A stretch of 64,000 nt of DNA from Vicinamibacterales bacterium (lineage in GTDB: Bacteria; Acidobacteriota; Vicinamibacteria; Vicinamibacterales; UBA8438), in assembly GCA_963663815.1 (NCBI GenBank), contig OY760734.1, one strand, 5' to 3'. The notes beneath the pieces are model-generated. The model was not told the origin of the DNA. It ran no database searches and saw nothing but the letters and a program-made list of their open reading frames with translations. Both the position numbers and the translations under genes were made by a program. Of this stretch, positions 28,357 to 37,853 are shown piece after piece (within the stretch, counting starts at the first letter, position 1; each line of letters begins with the position of its first letter).

Positions 28357-31300
28357 TCAGCGATCAACTGCGGATCGAGAAAGAACGTTCGACAGAATGC
28401 GGTACGCCCCGGGAACGCCGTAGGGGAGCTGTCGGTGGAGGGCGAGGGCCAGGTACGTGAAGCGTCCTTCACCCACCGGAGCGGTGAGCCACACGCCCTC
28501 CTGGGGGGCCTGGCCCTGGTCGTGGGTCTCCACCAGCGGCGTGTAGGCCGCGTCCCAGTCGGTGAAGAACTTGGATCCCCGCTGCTCGATCCAGCCGTCG
28601 AAATCAGCTTCCGTGATGCGGTTCGGCACGGTCAGCACCGGGTGGCCGGGAACGAGGAGGCGTACTGCCGCATCCTCCTCCGACACTTCCTCGGCGCTCC
28701 TCGGCAGAGAAGCGGGGTACGGCGCCATCGCGGACGGCACGTACTCCTGGGTCTGGTAGAGCACGATCAGGTTGCCGCCCCGCCGGGCGTATTCTAGGAG
28801 CCCCCGGTTGTGCTCGAGCAGGTCCGCCCGGACGGCGTAGGCCCGAGTGCCGACCACGATCGCGTCGAACCGGTTTTCCGCGCCGGCGGCGGCGCGCGCG
28901 CGCGCCGCCCCGAGGTCGAACCGGCTTTCCGCGCCCGCGCCCGCGACGGCGCTCGCACGCGCCGCCGGGAGTCTGCGTGCGGAGCCGTCAGCCGACGATT
29001 GGCGGGCCAGCGCGGCGAGGGCGGCTTCGTCCAGCAGCTCGACAGTGGCGCCGAGCGCCTCGATACCGGCGGGCACCTCGTCGCCGACCCCCATGACATA
29101 GCCGATGCGGGCTCCGTCGAGGCGGGCGACGGGCACGGACCGCACGGAGGTGTGAGCCGGCCGCCAGAGCCGCGCGAGCCGCAGGTCGCGATGCTCGATC
29201 GTCCGGTACCCCGCGCGATAGGTCATGCCCCCGGCGCGGGCCACGGCCCGAAGCCGGGCGGTGCCCCGCCACCCCGCCGGCGGCGTGACCGTGAAGGATG
29301 CTTCCGCCGTCTCCCCCCGGCTCCGGAACTCGTGGAGCACCGTCCCGGGGGTCGCGGTCCATCCGTCGGGCAGCTCGAGGCGGACCGTCGCCGCGAGGGG
29401 GGCGGCGTTCGCGCTGGTGCGCACCCGCACCTGCGTCGGCGCGGAAGCGACGGGCTCCCCGCCCGCGCCCGCGGTCCCCGGATCGCGGCCCTCCCCCGGC
29501 TCCCGAGCGACCGGGACGATCCGGACCTCGGGCTCGACCGAGACGGACAGCGCCGGCAGAACCGCCACCTCGCGCGTCACCGAACCGTACGGCAGACGCG
29601 GTACCCCGGCGGTGACCGGGACGGTGCGCTCGATGACGTGCCCGGCCACGGACAGCTCGACCCCCGCCGAGAGGCCCGGCCGGCGCCACGGCAGGTGGAG
29701 GTCCGTCGAATCGGCGATCCGGTAGTGGTTCTCCGTCAGACCGTCGCGTCGGAAGTACGGCGCGGCGGCCGGGTCGTCCCGTCCGTCTCGCGTTCGCGGG
29801 ATTCGTATCTGCAGTGTCGAGACGGCGCCCCGAGGGTCGCGCGGCGCATCCACGATCCGGGTCGGGAGTCCGCGCTGTGGAACGGCGCGGGCTCCTGCAG
29901 GACTCGCTGGGCGCCGAGCGGAGCCGCCAGGCGACGATTGGCGGGCCAGGACGTCGCCGCCGCGGCTCGTCACCCGCACCGCCTCCACGGTGACATCCCC
30001 GGTTCCCGCTGTCTCGACCGCAACCCGCACGGTCGCGGACTCTCCCGGGACGAGCACCGCGCCGCGCGCGGGTCCCTCCAGCGCGGCGACGACCCGCACC
30101 CCGCTCGCAGCCAGAATGGCGTCTTCGAGCTGGCGTTGCTTCAGCCGGAGGTGGAAGCGGGTCTCGGGAGCCGCGGCCGAGGCCGCGATGGCGGAGCGCA
30201 GCAGTCCGAGACCTCGGGCCAGGCCCGGCACCGAACGCTCGGGTGCGCGGAAATCGAACGCCTCGACGACGGTGGCGATCGAGCGTTGCAGCTCGTCGAG
30301 CAGCGGGCCCACTCGGGGCTCCGCCTCGCCGAAGAGCGCGGGCAGTCCGCCCAGGCTCGTATCCAGGTCGGCGAAGAACGCGCCGGCAACTTCTCCCGCG
30401 CCGGCGACCTCTCCCGCGCCGGCGTTCTCTCCCGCGCCGGCGTCGCCCCCATCCATCCGGTCGAGCCGCTCGTAGAGGTAGCCTCCGCCCCCCGTGCGCA
30501 CGCGCCCCGCGGTCTGCGAACGCTGCAGACCGAGCCCCCGGCTGGCCCAGCGCTGCCAGGTGTCGCCCAGCCACGGACTCGACCCGGTGGCGTCCACTTC
30601 CACATGGAACGGCTCGCCTGCCCGCACCCCGCCCCTGAACGTGCGCAGGACCCGCCACGGCCGCAGCCCCTCCTCGGTGATCTGACGCGGAAAGCGGTCA
30701 GGGTCGGCCGCGGCCGCAACCGCTTCCGGGGTCAGCAGCCCCGCGGCGTGGTGGTGGCCGTGTCCGTCCCGCTCCGAACCGTGGAACCGGCTGACGACCA
30801 CGAACGGGCGGTTGAGGCGGATGACCCGCACCATGTCCTCGAGGACGGCCCTGCGATCCCAGCTTCGGAAGGCCTCGTCCACCGACTTGGAGTAGCCGTA
30901 GTCGACCGCCGTCGTGAAGTAGAGGTCGTCGAGGCCGTAGTAGCGTCCGGAGAGGACCAGCTCGCGGGTCCTGATGAGACCGAGGCCGTCGAAGAGCTCC
31001 GGGCCGATGGCGTTCGCACCCCCCTCTCCGCGGTTCAGGCTGAGGAGGGCGGTGCGCACCCCCCGGCCCCGGCTGGCCAGCGTGAGCATGCCGGCATGTT
31101 CGTCGTCGGGGTGGGCCGTGACGTGGAGGAGGCTGGCCGTCGTGGCCAGCTTGCGGATGCGGTGCCAGGCGCCCATCGCCCCGCCGTCCGCATCCAGCCG
31201 TTCTTCCCCGACGGGCGCGGGGAAGGCGAGGACGCGGTCGAGCGGCGCCGAGGCAGGGGCCGACTGCCCCGCGGCGGGAGGCGGCCCCGCGAGCGCGCCC

Positions 31301-31485
31301 GCGGCCACCACGGGGAGGACGACGAGTCCAAGCGAGCGCAGGGTCTTGCCGGCTGCCGGCTTCTTGCGAGCGATCATCATCACCGTCCCGAAGACCGATG
31401 AACTCGACCGGCCCGACTTTCCTCGACGAGCTCGAGGAGGCGATCGCCGATGGACGGTAGTCCGTATTGGCGCGTTCCCGACCAT
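28357..31485 (-). CDS. PIG-L/LmbE family deacetylase, large secreted multidomain form
   Basis: 'TAHPDDE', 'GEGG.N.IGPE...LGLIR..E', 'DYGYSKS', 'HGHH', C-terminal 'RQLP.GVPGAYRIL.N'; true start is probably downstream (~31380). Confidence 0.85.
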   Translation of the reverse strand: MVGNAPIRTTVHRRSPPRARRGKSGRSSSSVFGTVMMIARKKPAAGKTLRSLGLVVLPVVAAGALAGPPPAAGQSAPASAPLDRVLAFPAPVGEERLDADGGAMGAWHRIRKLATTASLLHVTAHPDDEHAGMLTLASRGRGVRTALLSLNRGEGGANAIGPELFDGLGLIRTRELVLSGRYYGLDDLYFTTAVDYGYSKSVDEAFRSWDRRAVLEDMVRVIRLNRPFVVVSRFHGSERDGHGHHHAAGLLTPEAVAAAADPDRFPRQITEEGLRPWRVLRTFRGGVRAGEPFHVEVDATGSSPWLGDTWQRWASRGLGLQRSQTAGRVRTGGGGYLYERLDRMDGGDAGAGENAGAGEVAGAGEVAGAFFADLDTSLGGLPALFGEAEPRVGPLLDELQRSIATVVEAFDFRAPERSVPGLARGLGLLRSAIAASAAAPETRFHLRLKQRQLEDAILAASGVRVVAALEGPARGAVLVPGESATVRVAVETAGTGDVTVEAVRVTSRGGDVLARQSSPGGSARRPASPAGARAVPQRGLPTRIVDAPRDPRGAVSTLQIRIPRTRDGRDDPAAAPYFRRDGLTENHYRIADSTDLHLPWRRPGLSAGVELSVAGHVIERTVPVTAGVPRLPYGSVTREVAVLPALSVSVEPEVRIVPVAREPGEGRDPGTAGAGGEPVASAPTQVRVRTSANAAPLAATVRLELPDGWTATPGTVLHEFRSRGETAEASFTVTPPAGWRGTARLRAVARAGGMTYRAGYRTIEHRDLRLARLWRPAHTSVRSVPVARLDGARIGYVMGVGDEVPAGIEALGATVELLDEAALAALARQSSADGSARRLPAARASAVAGAGAESRFDLGAARARAAAGAENRFDAIVVGTRAYAVRADLLEHNRGLLEYARRGGNLIVLYQTQEYVPSAMAPYPASLPRSAEEVSEEDAAVRLLVPGHPVLTVPNRITEADFDGWIEQRGSKFFTDWDAAYTPLVETHDQGQAPQEGVWLTAPVGEGRFTYLALALHRQLPYGVPGAYRILSNVLSRSAVDR

Positions 31486-31925
31486 CCTGTCCTCTGGGCG
31501 TCCCTCGAACGGGGGCGGATTATCGACTGCCCTCGTGGACTACCGACGGCCCTCACGCCGATCCCCCCCGCGGCCAGTGCGGTGCCCTGGATTCGCCCGA
31601 TGATGTCCACGTGAGGAGCGATAGTCAAGCTCGGACGGATTCACCAGGGGGCGGCCGGAGGCCGACCGCTCGAGGGACGCCGCGGGGGCGGCGCGAGCTT
31701 GACTGTCGCTCCCCGATGTGGCCAACATCGGGCGAGTCCGGCCCACCGCGCCGGCTGCCGGGGCGATTCGCGTGAGGACGGGCAAGGAGAGACATCGTGG
31801 CGACGAGGCGGGTGCGCCGATGGGGCGCACACCGTGCCGGCGGTCGCCGCGGCGACGATCGGGCTCGTCGCGTTAGCGGGATGCCGGGCCATGCTCCAAG
31901 GTGGATGCTCGGAAGCTCGACAGCC

Positions 31926-31965
31926 GTGTCGAGACTGGCGACACAGTGTCGAGACTGGCGACACA
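31926..31965. repeat. Two exact 20-bp tandem quasi-palindromic units upstream of the beta-lactamase RBS (candidate operator)
   Basis: GTGTCGAGACTGGCGACACA x2; each unit is GTGTCG-N7-CGACAC. Confidence 0.7.
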
Positions 31966-31985
31966 ATCGTCGGCAAGGAGGCCTT

Positions 31986-32858
31986 ATGCGTCTGATATGT
32001 GCATTGGCGGTGCTGAGTGCAGCGATGGTGTTTCCGTCGCCGTATGGCGCGGCGGAACGAGGGGAGCGAATGCAGGCGGCTGGCGAGGCCGCGGAACCGT
32101 TCCGCATCATCGGCAACATCCACTATGTCGGCGGCCAATACGGCTCCTACCTCATCACCACGCCGGAGGGCCACATTCTCCACGACACGGGCACCGGCGA
32201 CATGCACGCGCTCATCGTCTCGAACGTCGAGAAGCTCGGGTTCGACGCAGGGGACATCCGGATCATGATCTCGAGCCACGCGCATTGGGACCACGTCGAG
32301 GGGCACGCGGCCATGAAGCGGGTGACCGGAGCACAGGTGGTTGCGCTCGGCGGCGACGCCGTGGCGCTCCAGTCAGGCCGGGACAACTCGGCCATAGGGG
32401 CCCGGGACTTCGAGCCTGTCGCGGTGGATCGCGTGATTGAGGACGGTGACACGGTCACGCTGGGCGGGGTGACGTTGCGGGCCCTCTGGACGGGGGGCCA
32501 CACGCAGGGAGCGACGATGTGGATGACAACCGCCCAGGAAGGTGGAGACACCTACTCCGTAGCCTTCCGCGGCGGCGAGATTCCGAACCAGGGGGCTCAG
32601 CTCTTCGACAATCCCCGACACCCGACGGTTGTCGCCGACACGCAGAGGACCCTTCGGAGGCTGAAGGAGCTCGAGCCTCCCGACCTCTTTCTGCATAATC
32701 ACGCGCGGTATTCGGCCCGCGAGCTGGATCCGGCCCTTCCTGTCGACTCGAGGTGTGCCACTTGCCTGGACGCGGAAGGCTGGAGCGGTCTCGTGGCGGG
32801 CGTCGAAGCCAGCTTCGAAGAAATGCTCCGCGAAGCGGAGGGCCGACGGGACCGTTAG
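31986..32858 (+). CDS. Subclass B3 metallo-beta-lactamase-like protein
   Basis: Signal peptide, 'PFRIIGNIHYVG', 'SYLITTPEGHIL', 'HAHWDH', 'GHTQG', 'LHNH'; AAGGAGG RBS. Confidence 0.85.
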   Translation: MRLICALAVLSAAMVFPSPYGAAERGERMQAAGEAAEPFRIIGNIHYVGGQYGSYLITTPEGHILHDTGTGDMHALIVSNVEKLGFDAGDIRIMISSHAHWDHVEGHAAMKRVTGAQVVALGGDAVALQSGRDNSAIGARDFEPVAVDRVIEDGDTVTLGGVTLRALWTGGHTQGATMWMTTAQEGGDTYSVAFRGGEIPNQGAQLFDNPRHPTVVADTQRTLRRLKELEPPDLFLHNHARYSARELDPALPVDSRCATCLDAEGWSGLVAGVEASFEEMLREAEGRRDR

Positions 32859-32873
32859 TCAATCCACACGAGG

Positions 32874-33896
32874 TCAGGGGGCCTGCCCGAGCTCGGCGTG
32901 GCGCGCGTTGCCCAGGATGTTGCTCACGGCCCGGTTGCCCTCGTGGCAGGCGTACTCGTAGAGGGTGTAGCTCATGTCCCGCTTCAAGGGCAGCGCGAGG
33001 GTCCACGGCTCGGTGTAGACCTCCGGGTCCTCGATGCGGACCTGCCAGTCGAGGGCGTCCTCGGCGACGCGGGTGAAGCGCTCGACCAGCTTCAGCGCCG
33101 GGCTGATGGGGACGCCGTGCACGCGGCCGGCGTTCTGGTTCGGCGTGATCCAGCCCTTCTCGGTGAAGTGCGTGGTCTCGACCACAAGGGTCTCGCCTTC
33201 CCACCGGCCGCGGGCGTCGCCCATCCACTGCCGGATGCGCGGGGCGACGTGAGGGCGGCCGTCGAGGGGGATGATGCGCGGCTCGCGGACCATCTCGTAG
33301 ACGATGATCACGTAACCGGGGACCTGGAAGATGTGGTTGCCGGTGTTGTACGAGTTGGGGAGCATCGACCCCGGTACGCCGCGCGTGATGCAGCGGCTGT
33401 ACGGGCTCATGTTCAGGTACGAGTCGCTCCGGTTCGCGACCAGCCATGCCGCGCGTTCCTCCGCGGCGGGGCGCGTGGGGACGCGCCCGCTCGTCGGCTC
33501 GGCCACCATGGACGTGCGGCGGGTGGGCACGATGTGGTCGCGCGCGTCGAACCAGAAGAAGTTGTAGCCGCGGTCGAGCGAGCCGCCGGCGGTGGTCCCC
33601 TGGCGGCCGGGGGCGTTGTCGCTGTCGCGCGCGCCGGTGCCGCGGCGCTCGACTTCCGCCGCCTCCTCCGCGGAGTAGAAGGCCTTGTCGCCGAGCTCGG
33701 GCGGCCGCTCGAGCGGGGTCAGGGTGTCGTTGGTCCAGATGCCCGAGATGTCGGGCTGGCCGTCGGGGGTGCGCGGCGCGCGGTAGCCCGGCTCGGCGGC
33801 GGTCTGCGGCGCAGCGGAACCGGTAGCGGTCGGCACGAGGAGCAGGACGGTCGCGGCGATTCGATAGAGTTGATATCGTGACATCGGGGCGCTCAT
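32874..33896 (-). CDS. Secreted conserved hypothetical protein ('PDISGIW...EYACHEGN' family)
   Basis: Paralog of 13550-14533: 'TPLERP', 'RIIPLDGRP', 'W.GD.RGRWEG.TLV', 'YACHEGN'. Confidence 0.85.
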   Translation of the reverse strand: MSAPMSRYQLYRIAATVLLLVPTATGSAAPQTAAEPGYRAPRTPDGQPDISGIWTNDTLTPLERPPELGDKAFYSAEEAAEVERRGTGARDSDNAPGRQGTTAGGSLDRGYNFFWFDARDHIVPTRRTSMVAEPTSGRVPTRPAAEERAAWLVANRSDSYLNMSPYSRCITRGVPGSMLPNSYNTGNHIFQVPGYVIIVYEMVREPRIIPLDGRPHVAPRIRQWMGDARGRWEGETLVVETTHFTEKGWITPNQNAGRVHGVPISPALKLVERFTRVAEDALDWQVRIEDPEVYTEPWTLALPLKRDMSYTLYEYACHEGNRAVSNILGNARHAELGQAP

Positions 33897-34050
33897 TGTA
33901 CCAGGGGCTCGTGGTGGAACCCGTCCCGGCGCGTCGCTCGTCGAACCTATGGAGGGGCCTTTCGCGAGGGGCCCCGGCTCGGTCCGGGGCAGTCGCCATC
34001 CGGTCGAGTCGCGCGGCCGAGGCGGCGTCGACGATCAGGGAGGACGGCAG

Positions 34051-34941
34051 ATGCGGATTGGGGTGACCGGGGCGACCGGGCTCGTTGGATCGGCGTTGCT
34101 CCCCGTCCTGGAGGGGGCGGGGCACGAGGCGGTGGGGCTGCGCCGCGAAGCCGGCGATGGCGCCGGGCCGCCGAGCTGGGACCCGTCGACGGGACGCGTG
34201 GCCACGGGAGGGCCGCTGGACGCGGTAGTCCACCTCGCGGGCGAGAACATCGCGGGCGGGCGCTGGAGCGCGGCGCGCAAGGCGCGCATCCGGGACAGCC
34301 GGGTCGAGGGCACCGCCGCGCTGTGCCGGGGGCTGGCCGCCCTCGATCCGCGGCCGGCGACGTTGGTCGCCGCCTCCGCCGTCGGCTTCTACGGCGACCG
34401 TGGCGACGAACGCCTCGACGAGTCATCGCCGGCCGGGAGCGGCTTTCTCGCCGATGTCTGCCAGGAGTGGGAGGCGGCCGCGGCCCCCGCGCGCGAGGCG
34501 GGCATCCGCGTGGTCCACCTGCGGATCGGGATCGTGCTCACCCCGGCGGGCGGGGCGCTCGGGCAGATGCTTCTGCCGTTCAAGATGGGGGTGGGCGGGG
34601 TCATCGGTTCGGGCCGCCAGTTCATGAGCTGGATCGCCCTCGACGACCTCACGGCCGCCATCCTGCACGCGGTCGTCACCGACGGGCTGGAGGGGCCGGT
34701 GAACGCGGTCGCGCCGCATCCGGCCACCAACGCCGAGTTCACGAAGACGCTGGGCCGCGTGCTCGGGCGCCCGACCATCCTGCCGATGCCCGCCTTCGGC
34801 GCCCGGCTGGCGTTCGGCGAGATGGCCGACCACCTTCTCCTCGGCGGCGCCCGCGTGGAGCCGACCCGGCTGACGGAGACGGCCTTCGAGTTCGGCCACC
34901 CTGGTCTGGAAGGCGCCCTGCGGCACTTGCTCGGCCGCTGA
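34051..34941 (+). CDS. TIGR01777/YfcH-family NAD-dependent epimerase-like oxidoreductase
   Basis: 'VTGATGLVG', 'VHLAGENI..RW', 'SAVGFYG', 'GSGFLA.VC..WE', 'GSGRQFMSWI'. Confidence 0.92.
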   Translation: MRIGVTGATGLVGSALLPVLEGAGHEAVGLRREAGDGAGPPSWDPSTGRVATGGPLDAVVHLAGENIAGGRWSAARKARIRDSRVEGTAALCRGLAALDPRPATLVAASAVGFYGDRGDERLDESSPAGSGFLADVCQEWEAAAAPAREAGIRVVHLRIGIVLTPAGGALGQMLLPFKMGVGGVIGSGRQFMSWIALDDLTAAILHAVVTDGLEGPVNAVAPHPATNAEFTKTLGRVLGRPTILPMPAFGARLAFGEMADHLLLGGARVEPTRLTETAFEFGHPGLEGALRHLLGR

Positions 34942-35141
34942 TCGGGCACGGGCTGCCGCGGGCGGCGCCGGGGTTCCGCGTGGCCGGTTGGGACGGGCAG
35001 CGGCCCCGCAAGCCCGTGTCCGCGCCGGCGGGCAGTGCCGTGCAACCGAGCCGCCCCGTGGAGGCGCCGGTTTCCGGAGGGTTGGTCGGGGCGGCGGCGC
35101 TGGGAGGCGGCGGCGGGACCGGTTGGGCGACGAATGTCGGG

Positions 35142-36515
35142 CTACCGCTCCGTCACCGGCCTCCACGCGCGGGCGCGGCGCTCGGCGTCGGCCCGTTGCC
35201 GGGCCGTCATCCCGGCCGCGACCGCGTCGCGGGCCCCGACCGCCCGGTCCCCTTCCTCGCCGGTCAGCCGCGCCGCCGCGAGGCTGAGCCACTGGTGCGC
35301 GGTGACCGGGTCGGCCGGAACCCCGGCGCCCCCGGCGAGCATCGCGCCGAGGTCGAGCTGGGCGAGGGCGTCGCCCTGGTCGGCCGCGAGGTGCAGCCAC
35401 CGCACCGCTTCCCCCGCGGCGGGGGAGACGCCGCGGCCGTCGCGGTACATCAGGCCGAGGTAGCGCTGGGCGGGGGCGTGCCCCTGCTCGGCGGCGGGGC
35501 GGATCCATCGGACGGCCTCGGCGTCGTCGGCGGGCACGCCGCGGCCCTGCAGATACATGAAACCGAGGTCGGCCTGCGCCTCCGCGAGCCCCTCCGTCGC
35601 CGCCAAGTGCAGCCAGCGCACCGCCTCGGCGTCGTTGGCGGCGACTCCCCGGCCGTTCGCGTAGGCGAGGGCGAGGCGGTACTGGCCGCGGGCCATGGCC
35701 GCGATGTTCGCCTCGGAGCTGGCGTGGGCGGGGTCGGCGGCCCGGCGCAGCCAGCGCAGGGCCTCGGCGTCGTCCTGCGGCACGCCCTGGCCGACGCCGT
35801 AGAGGAACGCCAGGTCGACCTGCGCCGCGACGTAGCCCTGGGCGGCCGCCTCGCGCAGCCAGCGGGCGCCCTCGTCCGCGTCCTGGTCTACGCCCCGGCC
35901 GTTCAGATACAACGCGGCGAGGGCCGCCTGCGAGCGGGCGTGCCCCTGCTCGGCCGCCCGCCGGTACCAGCGCGCCGCCTCGGCGTCGTCCTGCGGCACG
36001 TCCTGGCCGTTCTCGTAGAGCAGGGCCATCGCGTACTGGGCCCGGACCTCTCCCTGGTCGGCGGCGAGCCGCATCAGCCGGGCCGCCTCGGCGGGGTCGA
36101 GCGCAACCCCCTGGCCGACCCCGTAGAGGTAGCCCAGCCCGTACTGCCCCCCGGCGTGCCCCTGCTCGGCTGCCCGCCGGTACCAGCGCGCCGCCTCGGC
36201 GTTGTCTTGGGGCGTCGCCTCACCGTTGAGGTAGAGGTCGCCGAGGGTGGCCTGGGCGGGCGCGTAATCCTGCTCGGCCGCGAGGCGATACCAACGCAGC
36301 GCCTCGTCGGCGTCGCGGGGCACGCCGTCGCCGAGCAGGTACCGCGCCCCGAGATCCGCCTGGGCCTCCGCCGTCCCCTGCTCGGCCCGGGCCTCGAGGG
36401 CGCGAAGGTCGGGCGCGTCCTGCCGGTCCGCCGGCGGCCCCGTGCACGCGGCCGCCGCGATGAGGGCGACAAGACCGCCGGCCGTCCGGCGGGGGGACAC
36501 GGCCACCAGCCTCAC
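35142..36515 (-). CDS. SEL1-repeat lipoprotein
   Basis: About 10 repeats of 'AQ..LG..Y..G.GV..D.AEA.RW.R.AAEQG'; lipobox-like 'AAAAC'; GTG start overlaps the fabV stop (GTGA). Confidence 0.88.
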   Translation of the reverse strand: MRLVAVSPRRTAGGLVALIAAAACTGPPADRQDAPDLRALEARAEQGTAEAQADLGARYLLGDGVPRDADEALRWYRLAAEQDYAPAQATLGDLYLNGEATPQDNAEAARWYRRAAEQGHAGGQYGLGYLYGVGQGVALDPAEAARLMRLAADQGEVRAQYAMALLYENGQDVPQDDAEAARWYRRAAEQGHARSQAALAALYLNGRGVDQDADEGARWLREAAAQGYVAAQVDLAFLYGVGQGVPQDDAEALRWLRRAADPAHASSEANIAAMARGQYRLALAYANGRGVAANDAEAVRWLHLAATEGLAEAQADLGFMYLQGRGVPADDAEAVRWIRPAAEQGHAPAQRYLGLMYRDGRGVSPAAGEAVRWLHLAADQGDALAQLDLGAMLAGGAGVPADPVTAHQWLSLAAARLTGEEGDRAVGARDAVAAGMTARQRADAERRARAWRPVTER

Positions 36516-37696
36516 TCGGGCGGACGGCGCCCGCCGGCGGGGTCGACGTCGGCGTCGTAGTCGACGCCGTCGACGCCGAACCCGAAGATCCTGAGGAAGT
36601 CGTCGCGGATGCCGTCGAGGTCGGCGAGCTCGGCGACGTTGCCGGTGGAGACGATCGGCCACCGCCGGTTGACCTCGGCCTGGACCGCCTCGGACAGCTC
36701 CCGGTCGTCCATCCGGATGCGGTTGGCCTCGTCGAACGGCGGTGGGGCGTCCGAGTACAGCGCGGTGCGGAACAGCCGATCGATGTGGGCCAGGCAGTCC
36801 TCGTGGTTGCCGGCGCTCTTCATGACCCGGAACAGCAGGGCCAGGTACAGCGGCACCACCGGAATCGCCGAGCTGGCCTGGGTGACGACGGCCTTGAGCA
36901 CCGCCACCCGGGCGTCGCCGCCGAGGGCCGACAGCCGCTCGCGGATCGCGCCGGCGGCGCGGTCCAGGTCCTCCTTGGCCTTCCCGAGGGTGGCCTCCCA
37001 GTAGATCGGCCAGGTCAGCTCGCTGCCGATGTAGGTGAAGGCGACGGTCCTGAACCCGGGAGCGAGGACCCCGGCGTCCTCGAGCGCGTCCATCCAGAAC
37101 TCCCAGTCCTCGCCGCCCATCACCGCCACCGTCCCCGCGGTCTCCGCGTCGGTGGCCGGCTCCAGGCTGACCTCGTCCACCACCCCGGTGTCCTGGTTGA
37201 GCGACTTCACGTGGAACGCCTCGCCGAGCGGCTTGATGGCCGAGCGGTGGAGGACGCCGGTGCGGGGATGCTGGCGCACCGGCGACGCGAGGCTGTACAC
37301 GAACAGGTCGATCTGCTCGAGCGAGGCCCGGATCTCGTCGACGGCCCGGGCCTTCATCCCGTCCGAGAACGCATCGCCGTCCAGCGTCCGCGCGTAGAGC
37401 CCGCGGGCCGCCGCCGCGTCCTCGAGGGCGGCGTTGTTGTACCACCCCGCGGTGGCCGTCTTGTTGCGCCGGGGCGCCTTCTCGAACGACACCCCGAGGG
37501 TGCCCGCCCCCGCCCCGAACGCGGCCACGATGCGCGACGCCAGCCCGTAGCCGCCCGAGCCGCCGACGACGAGGGCCCGCCGGGGGCCGTTCGGGAACGG
37601 CGTCACCCGCGCGATCTGCTCGCGCACGCTGGCGGCGCACCCATCCGGATGCGCCGTCGTGCAGATGAACCCTCGAATCCTCGGCTTGACGATCAT
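36512..37696 (-). CDS. fabV: Enoyl-ACP / trans-2-enoyl-CoA reductase FabV
   Basis: 'MIVKPRIRGFICTTAHP.GC', 'GYGLASRI', 'VYSLASP', 'VMGGEDW', 'KAVVTQASSAIP'. Confidence 0.95.
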   Translation of the reverse strand: MIVKPRIRGFICTTAHPDGCAASVREQIARVTPFPNGPRRALVVGGSGGYGLASRIVAAFGAGAGTLGVSFEKAPRRNKTATAGWYNNAALEDAAAARGLYARTLDGDAFSDGMKARAVDEIRASLEQIDLFVYSLASPVRQHPRTGVLHRSAIKPLGEAFHVKSLNQDTGVVDEVSLEPATDAETAGTVAVMGGEDWEFWMDALEDAGVLAPGFRTVAFTYIGSELTWPIYWEATLGKAKEDLDRAAGAIRERLSALGGDARVAVLKAVVTQASSAIPVVPLYLALLFRVMKSAGNHEDCLAHIDRLFRTALYSDAPPPFDEANRIRMDDRELSEAVQAEVNRRWPIVSTGNVAELADLDGIRDDFLRIFGFGVDGVDYDADVDPAGGRRPPE

Positions 37697-37800
37697 TCCG
37701 TTGTCCTGGCCCGTCAGTCGTCGCCGCGCGTCCCTGCGGTCACGCTACTGATTCTCCGCTTGGCGTCCGACCAACCCCGTCAGGAAGACGGCGCCTCCCA

Positions 37801-37834
37801 CGGGAGTCTGCCCGTTCTACCGCGCAGACTCCCG
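37801..37834 (-). terminator. GC-rich hairpin downstream of the ICL/PEPM-family gene
   Basis: CGGGAGTCTGC-N12-GCAGACTCCCG, perfect 11-bp stem; no clear U-tract. Confidence 0.45.
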
Positions 37835-37853
37835 GTCCCGCCCGATCGCGAGA

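Noticed and set aside
35142-37640. 832-aa ORF suggesting a long N-terminal extension of the SEL1 protein
   Set aside because: The upstream part is an alternate frame of fabV; a GTG start at 36515 coupled to the fabV stop gives a sensible lipoprotein
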